This document shows positions 1-10,406 of a stretch of DNA of 64,000 nt, in pieces; within the stretch, counting starts at the first letter, position 1; every line of letters begins with the position of its first letter. The stretch lies in NCBI GenBank assembly GCA_977017645.1, contig OZ360233.1, positions 18,104,001-18,168,000 on the forward strand, written 5' to 3'. The notes beneath the pieces are model-generated. The model did no database searches and was not told where the DNA came from. It was given only the letters and a program-made list of their open reading frames with translations. The position numbers were made by a program, and so were the translations under genes. The stretch is from Torpedo marmorata. Taxonomy: Eukaryota.

Positions 1-646
1 GAGAGGAGGAGTGACAGGAACTGCTTGGATAGGGAGTGAGCGAAAGGGTGAAAGGAATTTAGAGAGAAAGGTGAGGAGTGAGAGAGAGCGGATGAAAGTG
101 AGAGATCGTGATTGACGAAGAGAGATATCACAGGAGGGAGGAAGTGGACAGGGAGTTGTAAGTGAGAAAGAGTGAGAAAATGATTTAATGAAGGAGACAT
201 TGAGAGGGCAAGAACGGGAGTGAAAGGGACAGGCGGTAGGTGCGACTGTGGGAATTGAAGGGAGGGAGAGATTGGCACTGCTCACGAAAGTTTAAATAAG
301 TGTAAGTCGGAGTCGCATAGAGGTAGGAAGCGTTAAAGAACGCGAGAAGGGGCGAGAGAGTGCAGGAAAACGAGTGAAGGTGATGGAAATGGCGGAGCAA
401 GAGAGAAGAGAGAGACGTGAGGAGTGTAAATATAGATGGAGAAACACGTGCGAAAACAACGGAGAATGAGAAACGGCCAACATTAACAACGAGTTTTCAT
501 TGGTCCAACAACGGCGTCCTTTTGAGCCCCTATATGAGGGGAGCGCCCTCCTGTGTGTCCAAGAGGATTGGCGGCTACTGACGTGACCCCTCTTTTTATA
601 TCGGGGTAGCATATGGAAATATTCGGCTGTTTACCTTCACACTGGC

Positions 647-1098
647 ATGGTCCCCATTGAGTTTTTTGATGATTCCATGGGCCTTTCTGCTTGGCGAGTC
701 TCTGTCTGATTGGTCAGCGCTTGTCCCTCCCGGCTCAGCGCAATCCTGCGCATCTCAGACACTGCGTGTTTCGCGCCAGGCACAAACTGGGAACATTTGG
801 TGATCCACGGACAGCCGTAACGGATGGCCGCGGGAAGACAGACCGTGTCACTGAGTTCTTGGTACCCGACAAGTATTACCGTATATTTTTGGTACATTCA
901 AAATCCCGCGGAATCTTCCATATGTTTGCTGAAAGTTTACAGCTCAGGAGATGTGGTTCCGTCGCACGATTTCCCAGACAGAATGACGGTTTCTTTGCAG
1001 AAAAATGGTCGAATATTCCACCTCAATATCTCCGAACCTCTTGGAGCGTACTTCGCCGTTTACACTATTACTGGTGATTGGGGAGACTTACAAAAGCT
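647..1098 (+). pseudogene. TCR V pseudogene at the array's left flank (related to family D)
   Basis: Leader from ATG 647 is 47 nt rather than 46 (frameshift) and has a GC donor. The V exon has an early TAA, then TVSLSS..YFWYIQNPAESSICLLKVYSSGDVVPSHDFPDRM. The second Cys region is deleted. The RSS is degenerate (TACACTA, 22 nt, ACAAAAGCT). TGACGTGA and a TATA-like motif lie upstream. Confidence 0.85.
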
Positions 1099-1475
1099 CA
1101 TTCTGATAATTTTCAATGGACGCTGTCACTAGGCGGCGCTCTTGGTAGCCGCCAGCCTATCCTGACCCGCCCATGGAATAAATGCGACAGCGAGATTTCC
1201 CTGGTGAGGGTCTTCTCACAATACAGAGTTGAGCAACAGGAGTTCATAGCTGCTCTGAGAAAAGACGTTTCTCTTTCTCTCAGTCTCCAGTGACGGAGGT
1301 TCTGAGGTGGAGGGGAAGAAGACCAAGTGATGCAGATTTGGGTGGACATTGTTTCGCGAGAGAGTAGCAGAGACAGGAAAATGTTGGCGAAAGGGATGGA
1401 GGGATAGTGTAGAATAAAGAGGGAGGGACTCAAACGGGACAGATGAGAGAGAGTGAGAAGAAATGAGGTAGAGAT

Positions 1476-2581
1476 TTAGATAAAAATCTATGAATCTTCA
1501 TATCATCATGATCAATCTCAGATCTATATAAATTCTGATAATTATCTTTAAAAGATTCATTTATTTCTTGTGGCTTATAAGTTATTTCCCCAGTATTTCT
1601 TTTCCTTATAGCATTTATAGTTTTAGAAACTTGTTCTTTTTTTAATTGCCATGATAAAACCTTATGAGCTTTTTCCCCTAATTCATAATATCTTTGCTTC
1701 GTTCTTTCAATTAATTTTTCAGTCTTACGAGTTTGTAATAAATTATAATGTAATTTCCTCCTAACTAAACGATTTCTCTTAAAAATTGACTTATTTCTTT
1801 GTAAATCCTTTTCCATGAATTCAATCTCCTTCTCTAATTTTTCTTCTTCTTTCAAATAATCTTTCTTAATCTTTGCTGAAAAACTTATTATTAAACCTCT
1901 TAAATAAGTTTTCAAAGCTTCCCATATCATACATTTATCATTAATCGAATTGTTATTTATTCTTAAAATGTCCTGAATTTCTTTTCTCATATATTCACAA
2001 AAATCCTCCCTTTCCAATAAACAAGAGTCAAATCTCCAATTGTATATAGTTTTTTCCTTCTCCGGGATTATACATGTCATTAATAAAGGTGAATGATCTG
2101 AAATTATTCTTGCTTTATAAGATACTTGTGTTATTCTATCCTGAATTTGTGAAGATAATAAGAATACATCTATCCTAGAAAATGAATTATGTCTGAATGA
2201 ATAAAATGAGTAATCTTTCTCTCTAGGATTCAATTTTCTCCAAATATCTACCAAATCTAAATCCTCCATCAGATTAATAATCTTTTTAACTATTTTAGGT
2301 CTAACAGATGACTTAGAAGTTTTATCCATTACTGGATTTAAACAACAATTGAAATCTCTACCAATTAGAATATTTTCCTTAGCATCTGACAAGTGTAAAA
2401 AAGCATCTTGAATAAATTGTTCATCATCTGGATTTGACACATATAAATTCATGAGTGCAAAATTCTGAATAAATTTGACAATATATCAAAACATATCTTC
2501 CTGCCATATCAGTCACTATCGATTGTATCTTAAAAGGTAATTTTTTATTAACTAAAATAACTACACCTCTAGCTTTAGATT
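1476..2581 (-). pseudogene. Inverted L1 ORF2 N-terminal fragment (APE endonuclease plus linker)
   Basis: Minus-strand translation gives SKARGVVIL..GRYVL (then a frameshift), NLYVSN, GRDFN, DIWR, SRIDVFL, SDHSP, WRFD and WEALK. It ends at RFLSK, where the plus-strand part resumes. Confidence 0.9.
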
Positions 2582-2614
2582 AATAGATTTTTATCTAAAA
2601 TTACTCTACCTAAA

Positions 2615-5083
2615 TTGAATGTTCAGAATAAATATTCTTTGGACTTACCTTTTACGATGAGAGAAGTTACTGAGGCAATATCGACGTTGAAAAGTGGTAA
2701 ATCTCCGGGTGACGATGGGTTTCCAGTAGAATTTTATAAAGAATTTAAAGACTTATTGATACCTTTATATATGGAGGTATTGAATCAAGTTACTGAAACT
2801 CATTTATTACCGAAGACATTTTTAAACGCTATCATTACAGTTATACCAAAGAAAGATAGAGATGTGTTGAAAACTGAGTCTTATCGACCTATTTCATTGT
2901 TAAATGTAGATTATAAAATAATGGCAAAAATTTTAGCAAATAGATTAGCTGAATATTTACCAAACTTGATACATTCAGATCAAGCTGGATTTATTAAGAA
3001 TAGATATTCGAAAGATAATATAGCTAGATTGATAAGTTTAATTAATTTACATAAGAAGAAACAAGATTTACCATTGGTGGTAACATTGGATGCAGAGAAG
3101 GCTTTTGATAGGTTAGAGTGGAATTTTTTATTTAAGGTTTTAGAAAAATTTGGTTTTGGAAATATTTTTATAAATTGGATTAAAACTATATACAAAGAGC
3201 CTACAGCTAAAGTAGTTACAAATGGACAAGTATCGTCAAAATTTTTATTATCACGATCAACAAGACAGGGATGTCCCCTGTCACCTGCTTTATTTGTTTT
3301 GGCAATAGAACCTTTAGCTGAATTGATTAGAGAAGATAGAAATATAATGGGTATAAAAGTTGGTAGGGAAGAACATAAGATTAGCTTGTTTGCAGATGAT
3401 GTATTAATATATATGACAAAATCTGTTACATCACTTCAGCAATTGGCTACCATATTGACAGAATATGGTGCGATATCTGGATATAAAATTAATTCAGATA
3501 AAAGTGAGATTCTGGCTTTATCTCAAGGTGATTATACTAGATGTAGAGAGGTTACGGAGTTTAAATGGGCTAAAGAAAGTATTAAATATTTGGGAGTTAA
3601 AGTGGATACAAAGTTGGAAAATTTGTATAAATTAAACTATATACCTTTATTCATGAAAATAAAAAAAGATTTAGAACTTTGGAAAGACTTACCTATAACT
3701 TTGATGGGAAGAGTAAATTGTATCAAAATGAATGTTTTTCCAAGAATTCAATATCTTTTTCAATCGATTCCTTTTGGAATCCCAAATAAATTTTTTAAGG
3801 ATTTAAAATTTGTTATTAGGAAATTTTTATGGAAAGGAAAGTTGGCAAGAGGAAGTATAGATAAATTAACATGGAATTATGAGATGGGAGGATTGCAACT
3901 TCCTAATTTTCAGTATTACTATAAAGCAGCTCAACTAAAATTTATTAATGAATTTTTTGATTCAACTAAATCTTCTGCTTGGATTAATATAGAATTGAAT
4001 AATATAGGAGAAATACATAAAGAAGAGATTATTTATAAGAGGAACTCTAAACTATTGTTAGCTAAAAATAAAAATTCACCAATTATTAAACATTTGTTGG
4101 AAATTTGGTCACAATTAGATAAAGAAATAGGTTGGAAAGGATCAATTTCTTTAAATACACCAATATACCAAAATTTGCTTATACCATTCTCTATTGATAA
4201 TCAGTTACTTAAATTATGGTTTCAAAAGGGAATTAAGACCTTGAAAGATTGTTTTGAAGCTGGTAGATTTGTTACTTTTCAAAGGTTAAAAGAAAAATTT
4301 AATATACTAGACAATACAATGTTAGTTTATTTTCAAGTTAAAGCCTTTTTGACTGAGATATTAGGGAATGAATTAATAGCACCAAGACAAAATGAATTGG
4401 AATTGTTAATTACTAAAGTTAATATTAATAAGTTTATATCACAAATGTATAAATTATTTCAGAGAAAGATGTCTAAGGTAGGGTTACATAAATCTAGATT
4501 AAAATGGGAACTAGACTTAAATGTTAATATAGATGAAAATCATTGGAGAGACTTATGTAAATTAAGTATGACTAAAGTCTTGAATGTTAGATATAGACTA
4601 GTACAATATAATTTCTTTCATCAATTATATTTAACACCTAAAAAATTAAAGAAATTTAATCCAGCATTATCAGATATGTGTTTTAGATGTAAGAGTGAAA
4701 TAGGCTCTTTTGTTCACTGTACATGGTTATGTTCAAAAATTCAAGACTTTTGGTTGAAAGTTAAGAATTTTTTAGAGAGAATTTTTAATGTTGTGTTTAC
4801 GATGGATCCTATGTTATTTTTATTTGGAGATATTAGAAAATTTATTATTAGAAATAGATTAAATATGTATCAGGTAGAACTTTTACGTATAGTTTTAGCA
4901 GTTTCGAAAAAATGTATAGCTATTACTTGGAAGTCAGATGCAGATTTAAATTTAGAAAGATGGCATGCAGAATTACGTTCATCAATACCATTAGAAAAAA
5001 TTACCTATAATTTGCGTAATAAATATAATTTTTTCTTGAAAATTTGGGGCCCATATATGAGAATTACGGGTTTAACAATTTAA
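2615..5083 (+). CDS. L1 ORF2 C-terminal part: reverse transcriptase plus CCHC zinc knuckle (N-terminally truncated)
   Basis: 822-aa open frame with KSPGDDG, YRPISLLNVDYKI, LDAEKAFD, RQGCPLSP, LFADD, YLGV and CFRC...HCTWLC. Confidence 0.92.
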   Translation: MNVQNKYSLDLPFTMREVTEAISTLKSGKSPGDDGFPVEFYKEFKDLLIPLYMEVLNQVTETHLLPKTFLNAIITVIPKKDRDVLKTESYRPISLLNVDYKIMAKILANRLAEYLPNLIHSDQAGFIKNRYSKDNIARLISLINLHKKKQDLPLVVTLDAEKAFDRLEWNFLFKVLEKFGFGNIFINWIKTIYKEPTAKVVTNGQVSSKFLLSRSTRQGCPLSPALFVLAIEPLAELIREDRNIMGIKVGREEHKISLFADDVLIYMTKSVTSLQQLATILTEYGAISGYKINSDKSEILALSQGDYTRCREVTEFKWAKESIKYLGVKVDTKLENLYKLNYIPLFMKIKKDLELWKDLPITLMGRVNCIKMNVFPRIQYLFQSIPFGIPNKFFKDLKFVIRKFLWKGKLARGSIDKLTWNYEMGGLQLPNFQYYYKAAQLKFINEFFDSTKSSAWINIELNNIGEIHKEEIIYKRNSKLLLAKNKNSPIIKHLLEIWSQLDKEIGWKGSISLNTPIYQNLLIPFSIDNQLLKLWFQKGIKTLKDCFEAGRFVTFQRLKEKFNILDNTMLVYFQVKAFLTEILGNELIAPRQNELELLITKVNINKFISQMYKLFQRKMSKVGLHKSRLKWELDLNVNIDENHWRDLCKLSMTKVLNVRYRLVQYNFFHQLYLTPKKLKKFNPALSDMCFRCKSEIGSFVHCTWLCSKIQDFWLKVKNFLERIFNVVFTMDPMLFLFGDIRKFIIRNRLNMYQVELLRIVLAVSKKCIAITWKSDADLNLERWHAELRSSIPLEKITYNLRNKYNFFLKIWGPYMRITGLTI

Positions 5084-5689
5084 ATTCTCTGGATATCGGA
5101 TCCACTGGCGAAAATAACCTCTATGGTAGAATTAGTTTGTAACTTGTTTTCTCCTCACTCTATTTTTCTATCTTTCTTTTTTCTTTTTCTCTTTTACTAT
5201 ATTTTTTTTATATATATATATTTTTAGACTAGTGGGGATGTAGGGGTTAGGGAGGGGAGGGTGGGAAGAGGGGGGGAGAAAATGTATATCACATGTATTT
5301 TCAAATATATGCATTTTATTCTATGTATTTTGTGATTTAAAAATTTAAATAAAAGAAAAAAAAAGAAAAAAAAAAAGAAAAAAAAAAGAAATGAGGTAGA
5401 GATAGAGAGCGCGAAATTGAGAGTGAGAGAGATGGGAAGCGGTTTGAGAGAAAACGGGAGAAAGAGGACGGGAGAGCGTGTTAAGGATTGCGAAAAGTTA
5501 AGCAGGTGAAAACGTGAGACAGAGTGAGGTGGAGGAATAGAACGACAGAAGGGGAGAGAGGGTGGAGTGAGTGAAAGCGAGGGAGGAGATACAAGGAGGG
5601 AAGGAGAAAGACGCGGTGAATGTACAGATAGAGGAAGAAACTTGCGTGAAGGACGGGGAACGAGATGCAGACTGTCTTAACAACTCGGT

Positions 5690-5888
5690 TTGATTGGTTT
5701 AATAATGGCCACACCAACCAATCCTGTGTGAGGGAAACACTCTCATATCTGTCCCAGGCCTTGGTTCGCTCATAACATCGACCCACCCCTTGTATAGCGG
5801 TAACACATAGAAATATTTGCTTTTGACCTTATTCCGCGTACCATGTACCTGCTGAGTTGTTTTCTGCTTCTATGGGCCGTTCTGACAG
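5690..5888 (+). other. Orphan promoter plus leader exon E1 (MYLLSCFLLLWAVLT/G, exon 5843-5888)
   Basis: ATTGG and CCAAT boxes, TATA-like TTGTATAG, ACCATG start, a 46-nt phase-1 hydrophobic exon and a GT donor. It has no V exon of its own. Confidence 0.8.
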
Positions 5889-6210
5889 GTGCGTCTTTCT
5901 GATTGGTCACCGACTTCTGTCCATCTTCCTTGCTCTACGTGTCTCCCACTTTAACCTAATAAAAGTTCGGTGATACCCCAAGACACACAGTCCTTCTCTC
6001 TCCCTCCGTTTACTCATTTACACTTTCACTCTGTGCTTACTGATCTCCCTTGCGCGGTCTCTCCCGCACTCTCTCGCTCCTCGCCGCTCTCGTGCGAGGG
6101 AAACAACCCCTGTCTCCAAGAGAGGTTCTTCTTCTTCCGACATGAGCTTGCGGCCTTTTATCCGGCGAGCATTTGGAAAATATCGTTCTACCGAATTTAA
6201 GCTGGGCATC

Positions 6211-6672
6211 ATATTCCTCCTGAGTTGTTGGCTGATTCCATGGGCCGTTCTGCCTGGTGAGATTGATTGCCAACTCATGTTGCGTGGATTCAGCGCCATC
6301 CAGCGCAGTTCACACATTCTGTTTTGTTCCAGGGGTGAGTGGGAACGATGCAGTGACCCAAAGACCGCCGGAACTGATAGTCGCTGAAGGGCAGATCGTA
6401 TCACTGAGCTGCAGTTACTCGATGAGAGCCGAGGCATATTTATGGTACATTCAACGCCCCGGAGAATCTCCTAAATACTTGCTAAAAATGTACACGTCAG
6501 GAGATGTGGTTCAGTCTCACGATTTTCCGGAGAAGATATCGGGTTCCTTGGAGAAACAGAGCCAGAGATTCCACCTCAATATCTCAAAAACCTGTGAGGA
6601 GGATTCCGCCGTGTATCACTGCGCTGTGGTTTTCACTCTGTTCCAGGGCGGTGGAGGATCCGCATAAAAACT
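6211..6672 (+). CDS. TRAV: TCR alpha/delta-type V segment A1 (own leader start is ATA; V exon 6333-6633 open; 23-RSS)
   Basis: DAVTQRPPELIVAEGQIVSLSCSYS..WYIQRPGESPKYLL..EDSAVYHCAV. RSS is CACTCTG (6634), 23 nt, ATAAAAACT (6664). Confidence 0.8.
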
Positions 6673-6994
6673 CACCTCGAGAATTTCCATCGCTCACTGT
6701 GGCTAGTGGGTGCACTCGGTGACGGGCAGCCAGTCCTGCCCGTCCGCTCAATGGAAGCGACAACACGACCTTCCTGGAGAGTCTGCTGAAAACGGCAACG
6801 CCGAGTTGCAGGAGATTTGTGCTCCTCTGAGCGTTTCTCTTTCTCTGCCTCCTCTGTGTCCGATTCCTTAGTTTGAGGTGGAAGGTAGGAAGTCAGGGAG
6901 AGAGAAGGAAATGGATAGCTGTTTCCAAGAATATTGTAGGAAAAGGGAAGGAGTGTTTTAGTGATGGAAATTGATAGATTAAAAAAAGTGGTGT

Positions 6995-8275
6995 GGGTAG
7001 GACAGGAGCGTTACCCCTCGGCCTGTCCTTCCTAAAATCAACAAGCTCCTTGGTCTTGGTGTCATTAAGAAACAGATTGTTTATACTCCAGATGGAGCTA
7101 CGACCCAATCCAATAACTGCGCTTTTCGGGGTTATTGACCAGACATAGGGAGATTTTCTGTACCTGTTCAACGGGTTGTGGCCTTCTCTACATTGTTGGC
7201 TCGGAGAGCCATACCATTCAAATGGAAAGACTCTAGACCTCCAACAGTGTTTCAAAATTTTCCTCTTATTATGTCTTGTTTAAGCTTAGAAAAAATTAGA
7301 TATCATGTATTTGATTCATCGGTGAAATTTGAAGATACATGGCGACCTTTATGTCTTATTTTCATATGATGTAAGTGTTTCTAATGTAATTAGATGTATT
7401 TACGCTTCCTTTGCGGCTTGATTTACGGTAGGAACCAAAAATTACAAAATATATATAACCTTCAGGATAAGCTGCTCAGCTCTTCTTTGTTAGTTGTTTT
7501 TTTTTTAAATTAGTGTAGGTTCGGTGGGATTTTTTTAATATATAATACTTTTCATTTTTTAAAAATTGTCACCTATTGCAGTGGAGGGGGGATCGAATTT
7601 ATACTGTTTGAAGTTTTATTTTAATATTTATAAATATGTGATATTGTATTTTCAATTTCGTTCTAATTTCTTCATAGTATTGTATTTCTTATAAAAATAA
7701 AAATAAAAAGATTGAAAAAGAAAGATTGTTGTTCTGGAACCACACAACCAGGTTCTTGATTTCCATCCTGCATTCTGGCTCATCTTTTCCAGTTATTCAC
7801 CCAACACTGGTGGTGTCGCCATCTAATTTGTAGATTGAGTTGGAGCTGAACTTGGCTGCACAGTCATGGATGCCCATGTCATCGAGTACGGAACAAAGCA
7901 GGCAGCCTTGGAGTGCTCCTGTGTTGATGGTCAGCGAGGAGGAGGTGATGTGGTTGATTAGCACTGTTTGGGTCTGACAAAGAGGAAGTCAAAGATCCAG
8001 TCGCAGTGGGATGGACAGAGTTCTAGATCCTTCAGCTTGGTCATAGGCTTTGCAGGTATGAGGGTGTTGAACGCCGAGCTGTAGTCAATGAACAACAGCC
8101 CCACGAATGTGTTTCGGTGGTCCAGGTGATTTAATGCAGAGTAGAGAGTCAGCGATATGACGCCGTCAGTTGACCTTTTGTGGCGATAGGTGAACTGATA
8201 TGGGACCAGGTCCTTCCAGAGATAGGAGTAAATTCGCTCCATAACCAACCTCTGAAAACATTTCATCACAGTCGG
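6995..8275 (-). mobile_element. Rex1/Babar-type non-LTR RT fragment, interrupted by an L1 3' end (present in every cassette)
   Basis: MKCFQRLVM..QFTYR..RSTDG..LFIDYSSAFNT..TGALQGC..WFQNNNL, continuing after the insertion as NNLFLNDTKTKELVDFRK. Confidence 0.8.
7082..7720 (+). mobile_element. Old L1 3' fragment (ORF2 C-terminus, 3' UTR, A-rich tail) nested in the Rex1 fragment
   Basis: LLARRAI..KWKDSRPPT..LSLEKIRY..KFEDTWRP resembles the end of the 822-aa L1 ORF2. It has an A-rich tail and is flanked by a ~10-bp duplication (AAAGATTGTT-like). Confidence 0.8.
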
Positions 8276-8329
8276 TCAACTTGCTCTTCTTGGGCACGTG
8301 GGGGAGGGAGGAGATTGGAAGCAAATACA

Positions 8330-9040
8330 CACCGAAATGCTGGAGGAACACAACCGGTCTCGCAGCGTCCATAGGAGGAACAGATATCTTACCAACGTTT
8401 CGGCCTAAGCCCTTTTTCAGGAACTAAGCAAAGCTCAGGAAGGTGTCAGAATAAAAACTGACGACTGGCAGGGGCAGGAGTCCAGAATAACAGGTGTTAA
8501 TTGGATATGGATGGAGGAGAAGTGAGAATTGATTTTGGCTCTGTGAAGGGAGNNNNNNNNNNNNNNNNNNNNNNNNNNNNNNNNNNNNNNNNNNNNNNNN
8601 NNNNNNNNNNNNNNNNNNNNNNNNNNNNNNNNNNNNNNNNNNNNNNNNNNNNNNNNNNNNNNNNNNNNNNNNNNNNNNNNNNNNNNNNNNNNNNNNNNNN
8701 NNNNNNNNNNNNNNNNNNNNNNNNNNNNNNNNNNNNCGATGGGAGGAAGAACAACGGGGGATGTAGAACGAAAAATTGAGAAGTCGATGTTAATGCCACC
8801 CGGTTGGAGGTAGCACAGACGGAAGATGAGGTGTTGTTCCTCCAACTTGCACGTGGTCACAGTCTGGCCGTGCATGAGTCCACGGACAGACATGTCAGAA
8901 AGTGAGTGGATCGGGGAATTGAAATGGGTGGCCACTGGGAGATCCACGCTTTTGCGGCGGAGAGAGAAGAGGTGCTCAACAAAGCGATCTCAGAGTCTGC
9001 GCCCAGTGTCTGCGATGTAGAGGAGACAAGAGCAGACTGG
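8330..9040 (-). mobile_element. Penelope-like element 3' fragment (GIY-YIG endonuclease end, microsatellite, terminal repeat)
   Basis: LLYIADTGRRL*DRFVEHL..DLPVATHFNSPIHSLSDMSVRGL..KLEEQHLIFRL..LQPGGINIDFS, followed by a hammerhead-like CTGAAAAAGGGCTTAGGCCGAAACG. Confidence 0.8.
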
Positions 9041-9108
9041 AAACGAAGCATGTACGGGAAGGGCAGAGAAAGACAACCAGAGAGACTGCATTTAGACCTG
9101 CTCGTTTA

Positions 9109-9216
9109 TATTGGTTCCAGCGCAGCGTCATCCAGAGGGAATGACCAATCCTGTGCGAGGGAAAGCCGCCAATCTCGGAGCGGCGGCTGCTGCTGACGTG
9201 AAGTTGTAAATATAGC
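9109..9216 (+). promoter_or_regulatory. V-B promoter: CCAAT boxes, CRE-like TGACGTGA, TATA-like TAAATATA (repeated before every V-B)
   Basis: ATTGG, two CCAAT, TGACGTGA at 9194 and TAAATATA at 9207, about 50-60 nt before the leader ATG. I saw no Ig octamer. Confidence 0.7.
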
Positions 9217-9265
9217 AGGACAACATGTTTGAAAATATTCATCCTTTGACCTTCATTCGGACACC

Positions 9266-9734
9266 ATGTCCCTCAAGAGGTACTTGCTGACTGTATAGGC
9301 CATTCTGGCAGGTGAGTCTCTGTCTGATCAGTCAGTGCGTCCCGCGGATTCAGCGCAATCCCGTGCCGCTCACACACTCCGTGTTTCATTCCAGGCACGA
9401 GTGGGGAGGAATCCGTGACCCAAGGACCTCAGGAAATGACGGCCGAGGAAAGGCAGACCGTGCCACTGAGCTGTAGTTACTCGGCGAGTCACACCGCATA
9501 TTTTTGGTACCTTCAACATCTTGGAGAACCTCCCAAATATTTGGTGAAAATGTACACCTCGGGAGAAGTGGTTCCGTCTCACGATTGTCCGGATCGGATG
9601 TCGGGTTCTTTGGAGAAAAAGAACCAGCGCTTTCACTTGAGTATCTCTGGGGCTCTTGTGGAGGACTCCGCCACGTATTTCTGCGCAGTGCGGCCCACAC
9701 TGTTCCTGGGCGATGACGGATCCGCACAAAAACT
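9266..9734 (+). pseudogene. TRAV: TCR V segment B1: stop codon in leader, V exon 9395-9695 open, RSS intact
   Basis: Leader reads MSLKRYLLTV* (TGG to TAG). V exon is ESVTQGPQEM..LSCSYS..WYLQ..EDSATYFCAVR. RSS is CACACTG (9696), 23 nt, ACAAAAACT. Confidence 0.85.
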
Positions 9735-10406
9735 CGATTTGAGAATGAGGAAGGTGCCGTGCAGCGCCGCGATTTAGCCTTGCGTGAGCAAAGGCGTTTC
9801 TCTTCCTCCCCGTTCCAAGAAAAACGGGGATCAAGGTGAACAGCGTTTTACCAGAGAGGAGCGGTGACAGGAAATAAAGGGAAAGAGAGTTAGCGAGAGA
9901 CTGATAGAAATTGAGAGAGAGAGGAAGAGAGAAATTAAGTTGAGCAGTGAGAGAGAGGGAGTGAATGGAAGAGTGAGGGATGTGATGGAGGAAGAGAGAC
10001 GAAAACGCAAGAGATGGCGACCGAGAGCGGTACTGAGAGAGAGTAAGATAGTGAGTGAATGAGGGATACATTGAGCGAGGAGGATGGGGAGTGAGCGGGA
10101 GTGGGTTCAGAAAGAGAGAGAGAGAGAGACAGAGAGAGACAGAGAGAGAGCGAGAGCGAGAGAGAGAGAGAGAGAGAGAGATGTGGAGTATACACAGAGG
10201 CGGTGAAACGCGAGAAGGACGGAGAATTGGAGACGGTCGGCATTAACAACCTGCTCAATGGTAGCGTCAACCTGACCCAACAAGAAATGCTGTGCGACGA
10301 AAACGACCGGTGCGTCCCCCGGGGTTGGATGCTCCTGACTTCACCCCATTTCGTATATCGGAGTAACATGAGGAAATGTTCTTCTTTTGACTTACACTCG
10401 GGCACC

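Larger units (their letters stand above)
1476..5385 (+). mobile_element. L1-clade LINE, 5'-truncated with 5' inversion; poly(A) tail and ~18-bp TSD
   Basis: The endonuclease part is on the minus strand (~1476-2581) and the RT part on the plus strand. The 3' UTR has a G-rich tract, AATAAA near 5348 and an A-rich tail. AAGAAATGAGGTAGAGAT flanks both ends (1458-1475 and 5386-5403). Confidence 0.93.

Noticed and set aside
5843-6672. NAR-TCR-like double-V arrangement
   Set aside because: There is no IgNAR-like V, D or J upstream of a leaderless V. Every open V has its own leader and only a 3' RSS.
8553-8736. Runs of N at the same position in seven units (also 16043-16201, 29523-29658, 36484-36614, 43012-43151, 49976-50110, 56546-56691) as hidden variable cassettes or scaffold gaps
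   Set aside because: In units 3 and 9 the same site is resolved as a (GA)n/(GATA)n microsatellite, so the Ns are most likely masked or unresolved simple repeat.
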